Positions 17,902 to 26,554 of a DNA stretch of 34,790 nt are shown in pieces (the first letter of the stretch is position 1; each line of letters begins with the position of its first letter). Under the pieces are notes generated by a model that ran no database searches, was not told the DNA's origin, and worked only from the letters and a program-made list of their open reading frames with translations. The position numbers were made by a program, and so were the translations under genes. Origin of the DNA: Candidatus Eiseniibacteriota bacterium (lineage in GTDB: Bacteria > Eisenbacteria > RBG-16-71-46 > CAIMUX01 > WJJG01). The stretch covers positions 1 to 34,790 of the forward strand of contig WJJG01000412.1 of assembly GCA_014729815.1 (NCBI GenBank), written 5' to 3'.

Positions 17902-18549
17902 CTAGCGCGACTCCATCCAACCCACGGCGTGACGAATCAGTTCCGTGCTGTTCTTCAGCCCGAACTTCAGCTTGATGTTCTCGCGATACGTCTCGATGGT
18001 CTTCATGCTCAGATTGAGCGCTTGCGCGATGCTCCGCGTCGTCTCGCCGCGGCCGATCAGCTCGAAGACCTCCAGTTCGCGATCCGAAAGGGCTTCGATC
18101 GGGGAGGAGCCTACCTCGGCCTTGGTGTTCACCATACGATTCAGCACGCGTTCCGACATCCGTTCGCTGAGATAGACCTTGCCGTCCAGAACACGCCGAA
18201 TCGCTTCGACCACCCGGGCCGAGCTCTCCGACTTGGCGATGTAGCCGCGCGCGCCGGCGTGAAGGCAGCGCTCGGCGTAGAGCGATTCGTCGTGCATCGA
18301 GCAGACCAGGATCGGCAGCTCCTCATCCAATGCGCGGATCTGCTTGACCAGTTCCAAGCCGCCTACGTCCGGCAGTGAGATATCGACGACGACCAGGTCG
18401 GGTCGTTCCTTGTCGATCGCCTCGAGCGCCGATCCCGCATCCGGCAGCGCCCAGGCGACCTCCAGGTCCATTTCGCGGTTGATCATCTGAGAGAGGCCTT
18501 GCCGCACGATCGGATGATCGTCGACCAGCATGATCCTTGCTTTGGCCAT
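17902..18549 (-). CDS. Two-component response regulator, NarL/FixJ (LuxR-type HTH) family
   Basis: Receiver domain MAKARIMLVDDHPIVRQGL...DLVVVDISLPD. C-terminal LuxR HTH (ELEVFELIGRGETTRSIAQALNLSMKTIETYR). Trimmed from track ORF 17902..18906. Confidence 0.85.
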   Translation of the reverse strand: MAKARIMLVDDHPIVRQGLSQMINREMDLEVAWALPDAGSALEAIDKERPDLVVVDISLPDVGGLELVKQIRALDEELPILVCSMHDESLYAERCLHAGARGYIAKSESSARVVEAIRRVLDGKVYLSERMSERVLNRMVNTKAEVGSSPIEALSDRELEVFELIGRGETTRSIAQALNLSMKTIETYRENIKLKFGLKNSTELIRHAVGWMESR

Positions 18550-18750
18550 GGGAATAGACTCCTCATGTCGCGCGCTTGCGCGTCCGCGACCCGCCCCGGG
18601 CGAGGAAGCCCGAGTCCGTTCGGCGCTGCGTTCCTCACTGCGTCCGGCGGCAGTATACACGACCCCCGACGCCACTTCACTGGTCAGGCGCACGGCCCGG
18701 GGAGGCCCGCCCTCAGGAACGCAGAGGCGCCCGCTTGGAATCCCGGCCTG

Positions 18751-18770
18751 GTTGTTTTCCCCAGGATATG
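18751..18770. promoter_or_regulatory. AT-rich motif TGTTTTCCCCAGGATATGAT in the RR/S2P divergent intergenic region; a near-copy occurs at 32285-32303
   Basis: The conserved core TGTTTTCC(CC)AGGATAT is unusually AT-rich for this ~70% GC sequence. Both copies sit in divergent promoter regions. Confidence 0.3.
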
Positions 18771-18956
18771 ATGGGTGCCTCCCCGTTTGCCGAGAAGCAG
18801 CTCGGCCGGATGGGCGCGGCCTCCGCGCCGCTCTAAAGTGATCCGCGGCTGCCCGGCGCCCGGAGCGGAGTCGCACGGGACAGGCGCATGGAGCGTAGGC
18901 GCACATGCTCGGTGCCTGGGGCGGTGACGGTTCCGAGCGCCCGTAGGGAGGCTGTC

Positions 18957-20120
18957 ATGTTTCAGAAGCGGATCGAACTGCTGCAGCTCTTCGGCTTTCG
19001 TGTCTACGTCGATGTCAGTTGGCTGATCATCGCTGCACTGGTGACCTGGTCTCTGGCTTCCGGCGTGTTCCCGCAGAGCTATCCCGAGCTGCGTCCGCTC
19101 ACCTACTGGATCATGGGCCTGATCGGGGCGCTGATGCTGTTCCTTTCGATCGTCGTGCACGAGTTCAGTCATTCCCTCGTGGCGCGCAGGTCCGGGCTAC
19201 CCATGAAGAGCATCACGCTCTTCCTCTTCGGGGGTGTCGCAGAGATGGAAGCGCAGCCCAAGAGCCCGGGAGCGGAGTTCTCCATGGCCGTCGCCGGCCC
19301 CATCGCCAGCATCCTCCTCGGCGGCCTCTTCCTCGCGCTGAGCGCCTGGGGACTCGCCCAATCCTGGCCGACTCCCCTGCGCGGCATCCTGAGCTACCTG
19401 GGAGTGATCAATCTCGTCTTGGCCGGCTTCAATCTGCTGCCGGCCTTCCCGCTCGATGGAGGGCGCATCCTGCGTTCGCTGCTTTGGCATTGGAAGCACG
19501 ATCTCTTGGCGGCCACGCAGATCGCCGCGCGCGTGGGTCGCGTCTTCGGCTGGCTGTTGGTCGCCATCGGCGCCCTGAACATCTTCCGCGGCGGACTGGT
19601 GGGAGGCCTATGGCTGATCCTGATCGGCCTCTTCCTGCGAAGCATCGCCCAGCGCGCCTATCAGGAGATGCGCCTGCGCTTTGCCCTGCGTGACGAAGCG
19701 CTGCAGCGCTTCATCGACGACGACGCTGCCGCGCTCTCGCCCGATCTACCCGTCGACGAATTCGTCGAGGAGTATCTCTACCGCCGCCGCGGCCGAACCT
19801 TTGCGATCGTCGCGGACGGCAAGCTGAAGGGATGCGTGGGGCCCGCGCAGGTGCGCCGCATCCCCAAACGCAACTGGGCGCGCAAGACGATCGGGCAGCT
19901 CTCGCGCCGCTGTCCGCCGAAGCGGCGCATCGGCGTGGATGAGAGCGCCGCCGACGCCTTCGACAAGATGCGTCGCCAGCGGCTGCGCAGTCTCTTCGTC
20001 GTCGATGGCGAGCGGCTTCTCGGTACCGTGCGACTCGAATCGCTCTTGCGCTTCGTCAGCGCCAAGCTCGACCTCGAATCCCCCGCCGGGGACGAGGGTT
20101 CCCGCTCACCCGGCCCGTAG
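18957..20120 (+). CDS. Site-2 protease family (M50) zinc metalloprotease with C-terminal CBS-domain pair
   Basis: HEFSHSL (HExxH) in a TM helix; LDGG motif (AFPLDGGRIL); C-terminal CBS-like repeats. GGGAGG lies 6 nt upstream of ATG 18957. Confidence 0.8.
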   Translation: MFQKRIELLQLFGFRVYVDVSWLIIAALVTWSLASGVFPQSYPELRPLTYWIMGLIGALMLFLSIVVHEFSHSLVARRSGLPMKSITLFLFGGVAEMEAQPKSPGAEFSMAVAGPIASILLGGLFLALSAWGLAQSWPTPLRGILSYLGVINLVLAGFNLLPAFPLDGGRILRSLLWHWKHDLLAATQIAARVGRVFGWLLVAIGALNIFRGGLVGGLWLILIGLFLRSIAQRAYQEMRLRFALRDEALQRFIDDDAAALSPDLPVDEFVEEYLYRRRGRTFAIVADGKLKGCVGPAQVRRIPKRNWARKTIGQLSRRCPPKRRIGVDESAADAFDKMRRQRLRSLFVVDGERLLGTVRLESLLRFVSAKLDLESPAGDEGSRSPGP

Positions 20121-20147
20121 GCCGCGTCGCCTGGCCATGATGCCGTC

Positions 20148-21539
20148 CTAGTCCTTCCCCACCCGACCCGCCGCGTCGCGCAGGATTTCGGTGAAGGTCG
20201 GATAGACGTAGACATGCTGCTGCAGATTCGCCACCGTCCACTGAGAGGCCACCGCCGCAGCGGCGAGTTGCACGATCTCGGCCGCCCGCGGGCAGCAGAG
20301 CTGCGCGCCGAGCAGGCGCAACGTGCCGGCTTCGGCCACCAGCCGCGCCAGTCCTCGTGGCTTGTGCTCGACCGCTCCGCGGGCCGTGCGCGCCAGATCG
20401 GCCTCCCCGACCTGCACGTCGAGCCCCGCGGCCCGCGCCGCCTCGGCGGTCCAGCCCACGGCTCCGATCTCCGGGTCCGTGAAGACCGCCCGCGGAACGG
20501 CAATCTCGGCCACGGGGGGGCGCGGCGGATCGTCGAAGATGTCTCCCGCCGCGATGGCCGCGCGGTAGTTCGCCACCGGGGTGGCCATCGGTGGCCCAAC
20601 CACGTCGCCGGCAGCCCAGATCCCCTGGGCCGTGGTGCGCATGCGCGCATCCACACGGATGAAGCCGGCTTCGTCCGTATCCACCCCGGCCTCCGCGAGG
20701 CCCAGGTCGCGGCTGTTCGGCGTGACCCCGGCGGTCACCACCAGCCGTTCGGCGGTGATCTCGCGGGTCGCTTCGGACCCCTCGATCGAGACCCGGACCT
20801 CTCCCGCGTCCCCGGAGACATGGGTGACGCGACTGCGCAGATGCAAGGCGATCCCTTCCCCCTCCTCGAACGCCTCGCCGAGCGCGGCGCCGATCCGGGC
20901 ATCCTGATCGGGCAGGAGCCGATCCGCGATCTCTACGATTGCGACCTCGGCCCCCAGTCGCCGCAGCGATTGACCGAGCTCACAGGCGATGTAGCCTCCG
21001 CCGATGAAGACCAGGGACCTCGGTAGCGCCCGCAGGGACAGGCCCTCCTCGGTGCCGAGCATCTCGCTGGTCAGATGCGGCGTCTCGGCCAATCCCGAAA
21101 TCGCGGGAATCAGCGGTGAAGCACCCGTGGCGATCAGGATGCGCGTCGCATCGATCTCCTGCGAGCCGATCGCGATGCGCCCGCGGCCGACCAGGCGGCC
21201 GCGCCCGCTGAGCAGCTCGATTCGGCCGGATCGCTCGACGCTGCGCACGTGCGCCGCCCGGCTCCGTCGGACCAGATCGTCCTTCTCCTCGACCAGGCGC
21301 TGCATGGGCGGAGGAGCCGGATCGTGTCCGCCGAAGCGCGCGGCGTGACGCCGCGCGTGCGCATAGCGCCGCGCCTCGGAGATCAGCCGCTTCGACGGCA
21401 TGCAGCCGCGGTTCGGGCAGACGCCGCCCGGTTGCCGCTCTTCGATGATCAGGGTTCGGGCGCCCCGCTCCTGGGCGATCCCCGCAGCCGTGAAGGCGGC
21501 GGGCCCCCCTCCCAGAATCGCCAGATCGTAGGATTGCAT
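20148..21539 (-). CDS. FAD-dependent pyridine nucleotide-disulfide oxidoreductase, class I (dihydrolipoamide dehydrogenase/mercuric reductase-like; no NmerA domain, no C-terminal Cys pair)
   Basis: DLAILGGGPAAF FAD motif; redox-active GGVCPNRGCMPSK; second Rossmann fold FIGGGYIACE; C-terminal interface domain. Trimmed to ATG 21539, which has GGGAGGAG 7 nt upstream. Confidence 0.75.
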   Translation of the reverse strand: MQSYDLAILGGGPAAFTAAGIAQERGARTLIIEERQPGGVCPNRGCMPSKRLISEARRYAHARRHAARFGGHDPAPPPMQRLVEEKDDLVRRSRAAHVRSVERSGRIELLSGRGRLVGRGRIAIGSQEIDATRILIATGASPLIPAISGLAETPHLTSEMLGTEEGLSLRALPRSLVFIGGGYIACELGQSLRRLGAEVAIVEIADRLLPDQDARIGAALGEAFEEGEGIALHLRSRVTHVSGDAGEVRVSIEGSEATREITAERLVVTAGVTPNSRDLGLAEAGVDTDEAGFIRVDARMRTTAQGIWAAGDVVGPPMATPVANYRAAIAAGDIFDDPPRPPVAEIAVPRAVFTDPEIGAVGWTAEAARAAGLDVQVGEADLARTARGAVEHKPRGLARLVAEAGTLRLLGAQLCCPRAAEIVQLAAAAVASQWTVANLQQHVYVYPTFTEILRDAAGRVGKD

Positions 21540-21845
21540 GACGGACTCCTCCCATCGCCCCCTGGGCGGCCTCTCGACTCGCGCCCAGCGTAGCACGCAT
21601 CGTACGCACGGCATCGCAGCCATGCATCGTCCGACACCGCCCGCACCACGCCCATCCGGAGGATCTCCTCGCTGCGGCGGCGAGCGTACCCAGTCTCGCA
21701 TGGGGATCGCCCCGAGGCGGGATTGCGTCGGCGCCCCGTGCCCACGACGACGACCGGGGCCTAGAGTGGGCGCGAAGATCAGCGTCCGCTCCGCTGGCCC
21801 GCCGGGGCATGGAGCGGGAACCCGGTACGGGAGGAGAGAGAAGCG

Positions 21846-22088
21846 ATGATCGGCATCATCCGCAAGGGCAACCAGATCCTCAGAGTCGGCGTCGACCAGC
21901 AGCGCTGCGATTCGAGCGGCGTCTGCGTCGTGGAGCTTCCTCAGGTCTTCCGATTCCAGGAAGGGAGCAAGAAGGCCACCGTGAGCATGGCCGAAATCCC
22001 CGCCCGACTCGAGCAACAGTGCTGGGAGGTCGCACGCAAGTGTCCGACTCGCGCAATCTCGATCACCTGCTGCGAGAACGACTCGTGA
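21846..22088 (+). CDS. Small ferredoxin (single-cluster, CxxGxC...CP type)
   Basis: 80 aa. VDQQRCDSSGVCV ... ARKCPTRAI resembles 7-8 kDa [3Fe-4S]/[4Fe-4S] ferredoxins. GGGAGGAGAG lies upstream. Divergent from the disulfide oxidoreductase. Confidence 0.55.
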   Translation: MIGIIRKGNQILRVGVDQQRCDSSGVCVVELPQVFRFQEGSKKATVSMAEIPARLEQQCWEVARKCPTRAISITCCENDS

Positions 22089-22104
22089 GCCAAGGGAGGC
22101 AGTC

Positions 22105-22866
22105 ATGCTGCGCAACGTCAATCCGCTGATCGGCTACACGCTGCAGGCCGAGGACGGTCCGCTCGGGAAGGTCGACGACCTGCTCTTCACAGACGCCGAC
22201 TGGATTCTGCGCTATCTCGTCGTCGACACCGGCGACTGGCTGGTCGAGCGCAAGATCATCATCCCCTGTGGCATGCTCGGCCAGCCGCGCTGGGAGGCGA
22301 AGGTCTTCCCTGTGGCGCTCACCAAGCAACAAGTGCAGGATAGCCCGCCGCTCGACGCCGACGCCCCGGTCTCGCGCCAGCACGAGAACCGCCTGCTCAA
22401 CTACCTCTCGATACATCCCTACTGGACCGGAGAGGCCATGGGCGGCGGCTTCCCGGCCGGGCGCCGGGAGGACCAGGGCCCGCTTGGCGAGATCCAGCCC
22501 GAGCGCGAGCCCTCGGAGTCGGAGTGCCCCGGCGGGAATCTACGAAGCTGCGACGAGGTCAGCGGCTATCGCATGGGGGCGCGCGATGGAGACATCGGCC
22601 ACCTCGACGATTTCCTGATCGATGACTATAGCTGGACGATCCGCTACCTGATCGTGGCCACGCGCAACTGGTTGCCCGGACGCAAGGTCCTCATCGCGCC
22701 GTCCTGGGTCTCGGAGATCGAATGGGACAGCGGTCGGGTGCGGGTCGATCTTACGCGCGAAAGCATCCAGGAGAGCCCCGAATACGATCCCGACGAGGTG
22801 GTGACGCGCGACTACGAGGAGCGCCTCTTCGCGCACCATCGCCGCCCGCCCTATTGGAACGACTAG
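22105..22866 (+). CDS. Tandem PRC-barrel domain protein
   Basis: Two repeats of the PRC-barrel signature (L.GY.L...DG.LGKVDDLLFTDADW.LRYLVVDTG and GYRMGARDGDIGHLDDFLIDDYSWTIRYLIVAT). GGGAGG lies upstream. Confidence 0.6.
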   Translation: MLRNVNPLIGYTLQAEDGPLGKVDDLLFTDADWILRYLVVDTGDWLVERKIIIPCGMLGQPRWEAKVFPVALTKQQVQDSPPLDADAPVSRQHENRLLNYLSIHPYWTGEAMGGGFPAGRREDQGPLGEIQPEREPSESECPGGNLRSCDEVSGYRMGARDGDIGHLDDFLIDDYSWTIRYLIVATRNWLPGRKVLIAPSWVSEIEWDSGRVRVDLTRESIQESPEYDPDEVVTRDYEERLFAHHRRPPYWND

Positions 22867-22908
22867 GGCCTTCGCGCCGCCGGAGGGCCGATCGAAAGGA
22901 GATGCAGC

Positions 22909-23556
22909 GTGCGTTCAGAAGCCGGCATCACCCGACTGCTTTGCACATCACTCATCCTCGCGCTTCTCGGTCTCCCCGTCGCAGCGCGCGCCGCGGATGA
23001 GGAAGCTTCGGCGCCTGCCGCGCAGGAGACCTCCAAGACCGAGGTCACATCTCCGTACGCCCCGCAGCGTGCGTTGCGCCGCGGCATGATGCGGCCGCAG
23101 ATGATGCGTTCGGGCATGATGGGTCGCAGCGGCATGATGCCCTCCTACTGGGACGCGGAACCGGGCCAGGACGCCAGCCAGGGAGCAAGCCTGTTGGGCG
23201 GTGGGATGCTCGGATCGGGCCTGATGGCCTGTCCCCTCTTCGGGCATCACATGCAGCTCATCGACCGTCTTTGGGAATTGGATCTCTCGCGAAAGCAGCG
23301 CGACCGCATCGTGGAGATCTACGTGGACGTGCGCAAGCGCGTCTGGCCCATGCAGGCCGACGTTCAGGTCCGGCTGCTCGAAGCGCGCGAACTGCTCCTA
23401 ACCGCCGATCCCCCCACCGAGCGGATCGAGGCGAAGCTGGCGGAGGTCTGCGACCAACGCACTGCCGTGACCATGCTCTGGGTGCACGCGCTGATCGACG
23501 CCCGGAAGGTCCTGACCCCCGAGCAGGAGGACCACTTCCTCGATCCGAGCTGGTAG
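22909..23556 (+). CDS. Periplasmic Spy/CpxP/ZraP-like (LTxxQ-type) protein with Met-rich segment; possible metal-stress chaperone or metal-binding protein
   Basis: GTG start with AAGGAG upstream. Signal peptide LLCTSLILALLGLPVAARA. Met-rich run GMMRPQMMRSGMMGRSGMMPSYW. The helical C-terminus ends with VLTPEQEDHF, an LTxxQ-like motif. Confidence 0.5.
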   Translation: MRSEAGITRLLCTSLILALLGLPVAARAADEEASAPAAQETSKTEVTSPYAPQRALRRGMMRPQMMRSGMMGRSGMMPSYWDAEPGQDASQGASLLGGGMLGSGLMACPLFGHHMQLIDRLWELDLSRKQRDRIVEIYVDVRKRVWPMQADVQVRLLEARELLLTADPPTERIEAKLAEVCDQRTAVTMLWVHALIDARKVLTPEQEDHFLDPSW

Positions 23557-23648
23557 CGGCTCCCCCGCATCGCGCCGCGCCGCTCGACGCTCCACGAGAA
23601 CCCGAGCTGGCGGCCGGCCGACCCCGGGTCCGCTGCGGGGCGCCGGCA

Positions 23649-24482
23649 TCACTCCGCGCGCCGGCCGGCATCCGGCTGTTGGCCGGCGGCATCCACGCCC
23701 GGGTTCTCGCGATGGCGCTCTTCCCGCTCCTGGCGAGCCAGGTGTCGCTGCTGGTCATCCACGGCGCTCTGATGCGCCTGATCGCCGCTGGCTCCCCGGC
23801 TGCGCTTCTCGAGCTCCTGGATGCGCTCGGCCCGCCCGTAGACGATCAGCCGATCCCCCTTCCGCAGGCGCGCCTCGTCGGTCGGTGCGCCGACGTAGCC
23901 CCCATCGTCGCGGTAGATGCCGAGCACGGCCAGACCTTCGCGATGCAGCCGACACTCGCGCAGCCGGCGCCCGTCGAGCCAGCTCCCCTTCTGGACGTTC
24001 AGCTCGGTGACCATGTAGTCACCGGCGAGCTTGAGCATGCTGGCGAAGTCGTGCACCTCGAGCTGCGTCCAGCGATCCATCGCCCGCGCCACCGCTCGAT
24101 CCAGCACCCGCGCGGTCAGTCGATTGTGCGTCAGCAGCCAGAGCAGCAGCACCCCGCCGACCAGCCCCCCCAAGCGGCGCAGACCCTCGGGATGCTCGGT
24201 CGTGCCGACGAAGGAAAGGATGACCGAGATCACGATCGTGATCAGCCCCGCGCTGCGGAGAATCATCAGCAGCATGACGATCCGGCGCCGTACCGGGTGG
24301 CGCGTGATCGTTTCGGCCTCATGGGTCGTGAATCCGGTGCCGGTGAAGGCCGAGCGGGCTTGGAAACGCGCCACATCCCGCGAAAGGCCGGTCAGCGCGA
24401 GGGCGGTCGTCGCCAGTCGGGTGATGATCAGCGAGAGACCCAGCACTGTGAGCAGCGCCATCAGTCCGATGATTCCGACCAT
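23649..24482 (-). CDS. Membrane protein with C-terminal TrkA-C (RCK_C) domain; putative ion channel/transporter regulatory subunit
   Basis: N-terminal TM helices with a TGTGF segment. C-terminal EGLAVLGIYRDDGGYVGAPTDEARLRKGDRLIVYG is typical of RCK_C. The low-complexity C-tail is uncertain. Confidence 0.5.
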   Translation of the reverse strand: MVGIIGLMALLTVLGLSLIITRLATTALALTGLSRDVARFQARSAFTGTGFTTHEAETITRHPVRRRIVMLLMILRSAGLITIVISVILSFVGTTEHPEGLRRLGGLVGGVLLLWLLTHNRLTARVLDRAVARAMDRWTQLEVHDFASMLKLAGDYMVTELNVQKGSWLDGRRLRECRLHREGLAVLGIYRDDGGYVGAPTDEARLRKGDRLIVYGRAERIQELEKRSRGASGDQAHQSAVDDQQRHLARQEREERHRENPGVDAAGQQPDAGRRAE

Positions 24483-24544
24483 GCAGTCCCCCCCGGGTAG
24501 TGGACAGACCCGCGCGACACGATCCCGCGACGCGCCCTCAGCGA

Positions 24545-24561
24545 GCGATCCTAGGGATCGC
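24545..24561. promoter_or_regulatory. Inverted repeat GCGATCC-tag-GGATCGC (7-3-7) about 65 bp upstream of the TrkA-C membrane gene, in the region divergent from ligD-PE
   Basis: Perfect 7-bp arms. Flanked by the direct repeat CGCGAC x2. Confidence 0.3.
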
Positions 24562-24919
24562 CGGGCTGCGTCTCATCCCGGTGTCGCCGGGGCGGCCTCT
24601 GGGGTCAAGCAGGATATCGGTCCGGGTGAATGTCCTACGTCCGAAGCACAGCCAGCGCAAGCGTCGCCTTGGCCGTGCATTGCGCACTCGGTGTCCACAC
24701 CGTCCCATCGGCGGCGCCAGGCCGCGTGCTTGACGAAGAGCCGGGCGATCTCCACTGTCCGGGGCAAGACAGGCGCGCGGGGCCCAGCCCGCCGGCGGCG
24801 TGAATCCCGAACGCGGGTCGAAGCCCGCCCGCTTGGCGACACCGGTCCGCGTGACGAGATGTGCGCGAAGTGGTGCCGCGCCCGGGAGGCGCACTCCGCA
24901 TGCACTGAAGGAGACGACC

Positions 24920-25549
24920 ATGCCCGGCGACCGCCTGAAGGAATACCGCCGCAAGCGCGACTTTCGCCGCACCCCCGAACCGGGCAAGCGCGGCAAGCGT
25001 CGCGGCAAAGGTCCTTTCTTCGTCATTCAGGAACATGACGCGCGCCAGCGTCACTTCGACTTCCGCTTGCAGGTCGGCGATGCGCTCAAGTCGTGGGCGG
25101 TGCCCAAGGGACCCTCGACCGATCCGCGCGAGAAGCGTCTCGCCGTGCAGGTCGAGGATCATCCGCTCGACTATGCCGACTTCGAGGGCGTGATCCCCGA
25201 AGGCGAGTACGGCGCGGGCAGCGTGATCGTTTGGGATCACGGCCCCTATCGCAACGAGAACCGCGACCGAGACGGAAAACAGATCTCGCTCGAGCAAGCG
25301 CTGCGTCGCGGGCGGATCGAGCTATGGCTCGATGGCCAGAAGCTGCAGGGCGGGTACGCGCTGGTTCGCACGCGCATGGGCGGAAAGAAGAAGAACTGGC
25401 TGCTGATCAAGATGAAGGACGAGAAGGCGGATGCGCGTCGCAGTCCGGTCAGCTCCCAGCCGAAGAGCGTGCTGAGCGATCGCACCGTCAAGCAGGTCGC
25501 GCGTGATGCGCGCCGCCAAACGGACGGCGAGGACTCCGGTGAAGATTGA
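24920..25549 (+). CDS. LigD-type 3'-phosphoesterase (PE) domain protein, stand-alone
   Basis: GKGPFFVIQEHDARQRHFDFRL ... SWAVPKGPS ... DHGPY are the conserved PE-domain blocks. AAGGAG lies 6 nt upstream of ATG 24920. Trimmed from track ORF 24800..25549. Confidence 0.75.
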   Translation: MPGDRLKEYRRKRDFRRTPEPGKRGKRRGKGPFFVIQEHDARQRHFDFRLQVGDALKSWAVPKGPSTDPREKRLAVQVEDHPLDYADFEGVIPEGEYGAGSVIVWDHGPYRNENRDRDGKQISLEQALRRGRIELWLDGQKLQGGYALVRTRMGGKKKNWLLIKMKDEKADARRSPVSSQPKSVLSDRTVKQVARDARRQTDGEDSGED

Positions 25550-26552
25550 TCTGCACGAGGAACTCCCGGCTGCCGAGCGCGAGCTCCTGCGCCAACGCCG
25601 CCAACCGCGCTGGACGTCGCCGATGCTGGCCGTGTTGACGGACAAGCGCTTTGCCGATGCCGAATGGAGCTACGAGCGCAAGCTCGATGGCGTCCGCTGC
25701 CTCGTGTTCCGTCGCGGCAAACAGGTGCGTCTCGTTTCGCGCAACCGCAAGTCGATGAATCGCACCTATCCGGAGCTCGTCGAGGAGATCGGTCGCCAGC
25801 CGATCGATCACTTCATCGCCGATGGTGAGATCGTGGCCTTCGCAGGCAACCGCACCAGCTTCCAGCGCCTCCAGCAGCGCATCGGCATCCGCGATCCCCA
25901 AGAGGCGCGCCGCCGTGGCGTGGCCGTCTATCTCTATCTCTTCGATCTGCTGCACCTCGGCGACTACGACACGACCCGCCTTCCGCAACACCGCCGCAAG
26001 GCGCTGCTGCGCAAGGCGCTGCGCTACTCGAACCGCTTGCGCTACACGCCGCATAGGCGTCACACGGGGCTCGACTACTATCGCGAGAGCTGCCGGAAGG
26101 GACGGGAAGGGGTGATCGTCAAACGGCGCGATGCACCCTATCGGCACGGCCGCTCGACCGATTGGTTGAAGTTCAAGTGCGTCAACCAGCAGGAATTCGT
26201 CATCGGCGGCTACACCGAACCGGAGGGGCAACGGATCGGGTTCGGAGCGCTGCATGTCGGGTTCTATGCGGACGGCAAGCTACGCTACGCGGGCAAGGTG
26301 GGCACCGGATACGACCGCCAGACGCTGCGCGATCTTTCGCGCCGACTGGGACGCATCGAGCGCCACAGTTCGCCCTTTGCGGATGGCGACGAGATCGCCG
26401 CCGGCCAGACGCATTGGGTGTCCCCCAAACTCGTCGCCGAGATCGGCTTCACCGAATGGACCGCGGAACATCGCCTGCGCCACCCTCGGTTCCTGGGGCT
26501 GCGCGAGGACAAGGCGCCGCGGAAGGTCCGGCGGGAGACGCCGGGGGGCTAG
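25539..26552 (+). CDS. ATP-dependent DNA ligase, LigD ligase-domain type, stand-alone
   Basis: PMLAVLT...WSYERKLDGVRCL (KxDG adenylation motif), GEIVA..., EGVIVKRRDAPY, and an OB-fold C-terminus. The start is either GTG 25539 (GAGGA 6 nt upstream; overlaps the PE stop by 11 nt) or ATG 25503. Confidence 0.7.
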   Translation: MKIDLHEELPAAERELLRQRRQPRWTSPMLAVLTDKRFADAEWSYERKLDGVRCLVFRRGKQVRLVSRNRKSMNRTYPELVEEIGRQPIDHFIADGEIVAFAGNRTSFQRLQQRIGIRDPQEARRRGVAVYLYLFDLLHLGDYDTTRLPQHRRKALLRKALRYSNRLRYTPHRRHTGLDYYRESCRKGREGVIVKRRDAPYRHGRSTDWLKFKCVNQQEFVIGGYTEPEGQRIGFGALHVGFYADGKLRYAGKVGTGYDRQTLRDLSRRLGRIERHSSPFADGDEIAAGQTHWVSPKLVAEIGFTEWTAEHRLRHPRFLGLREDKAPRKVRRETPGG

Positions 26553-26554
26553 GC

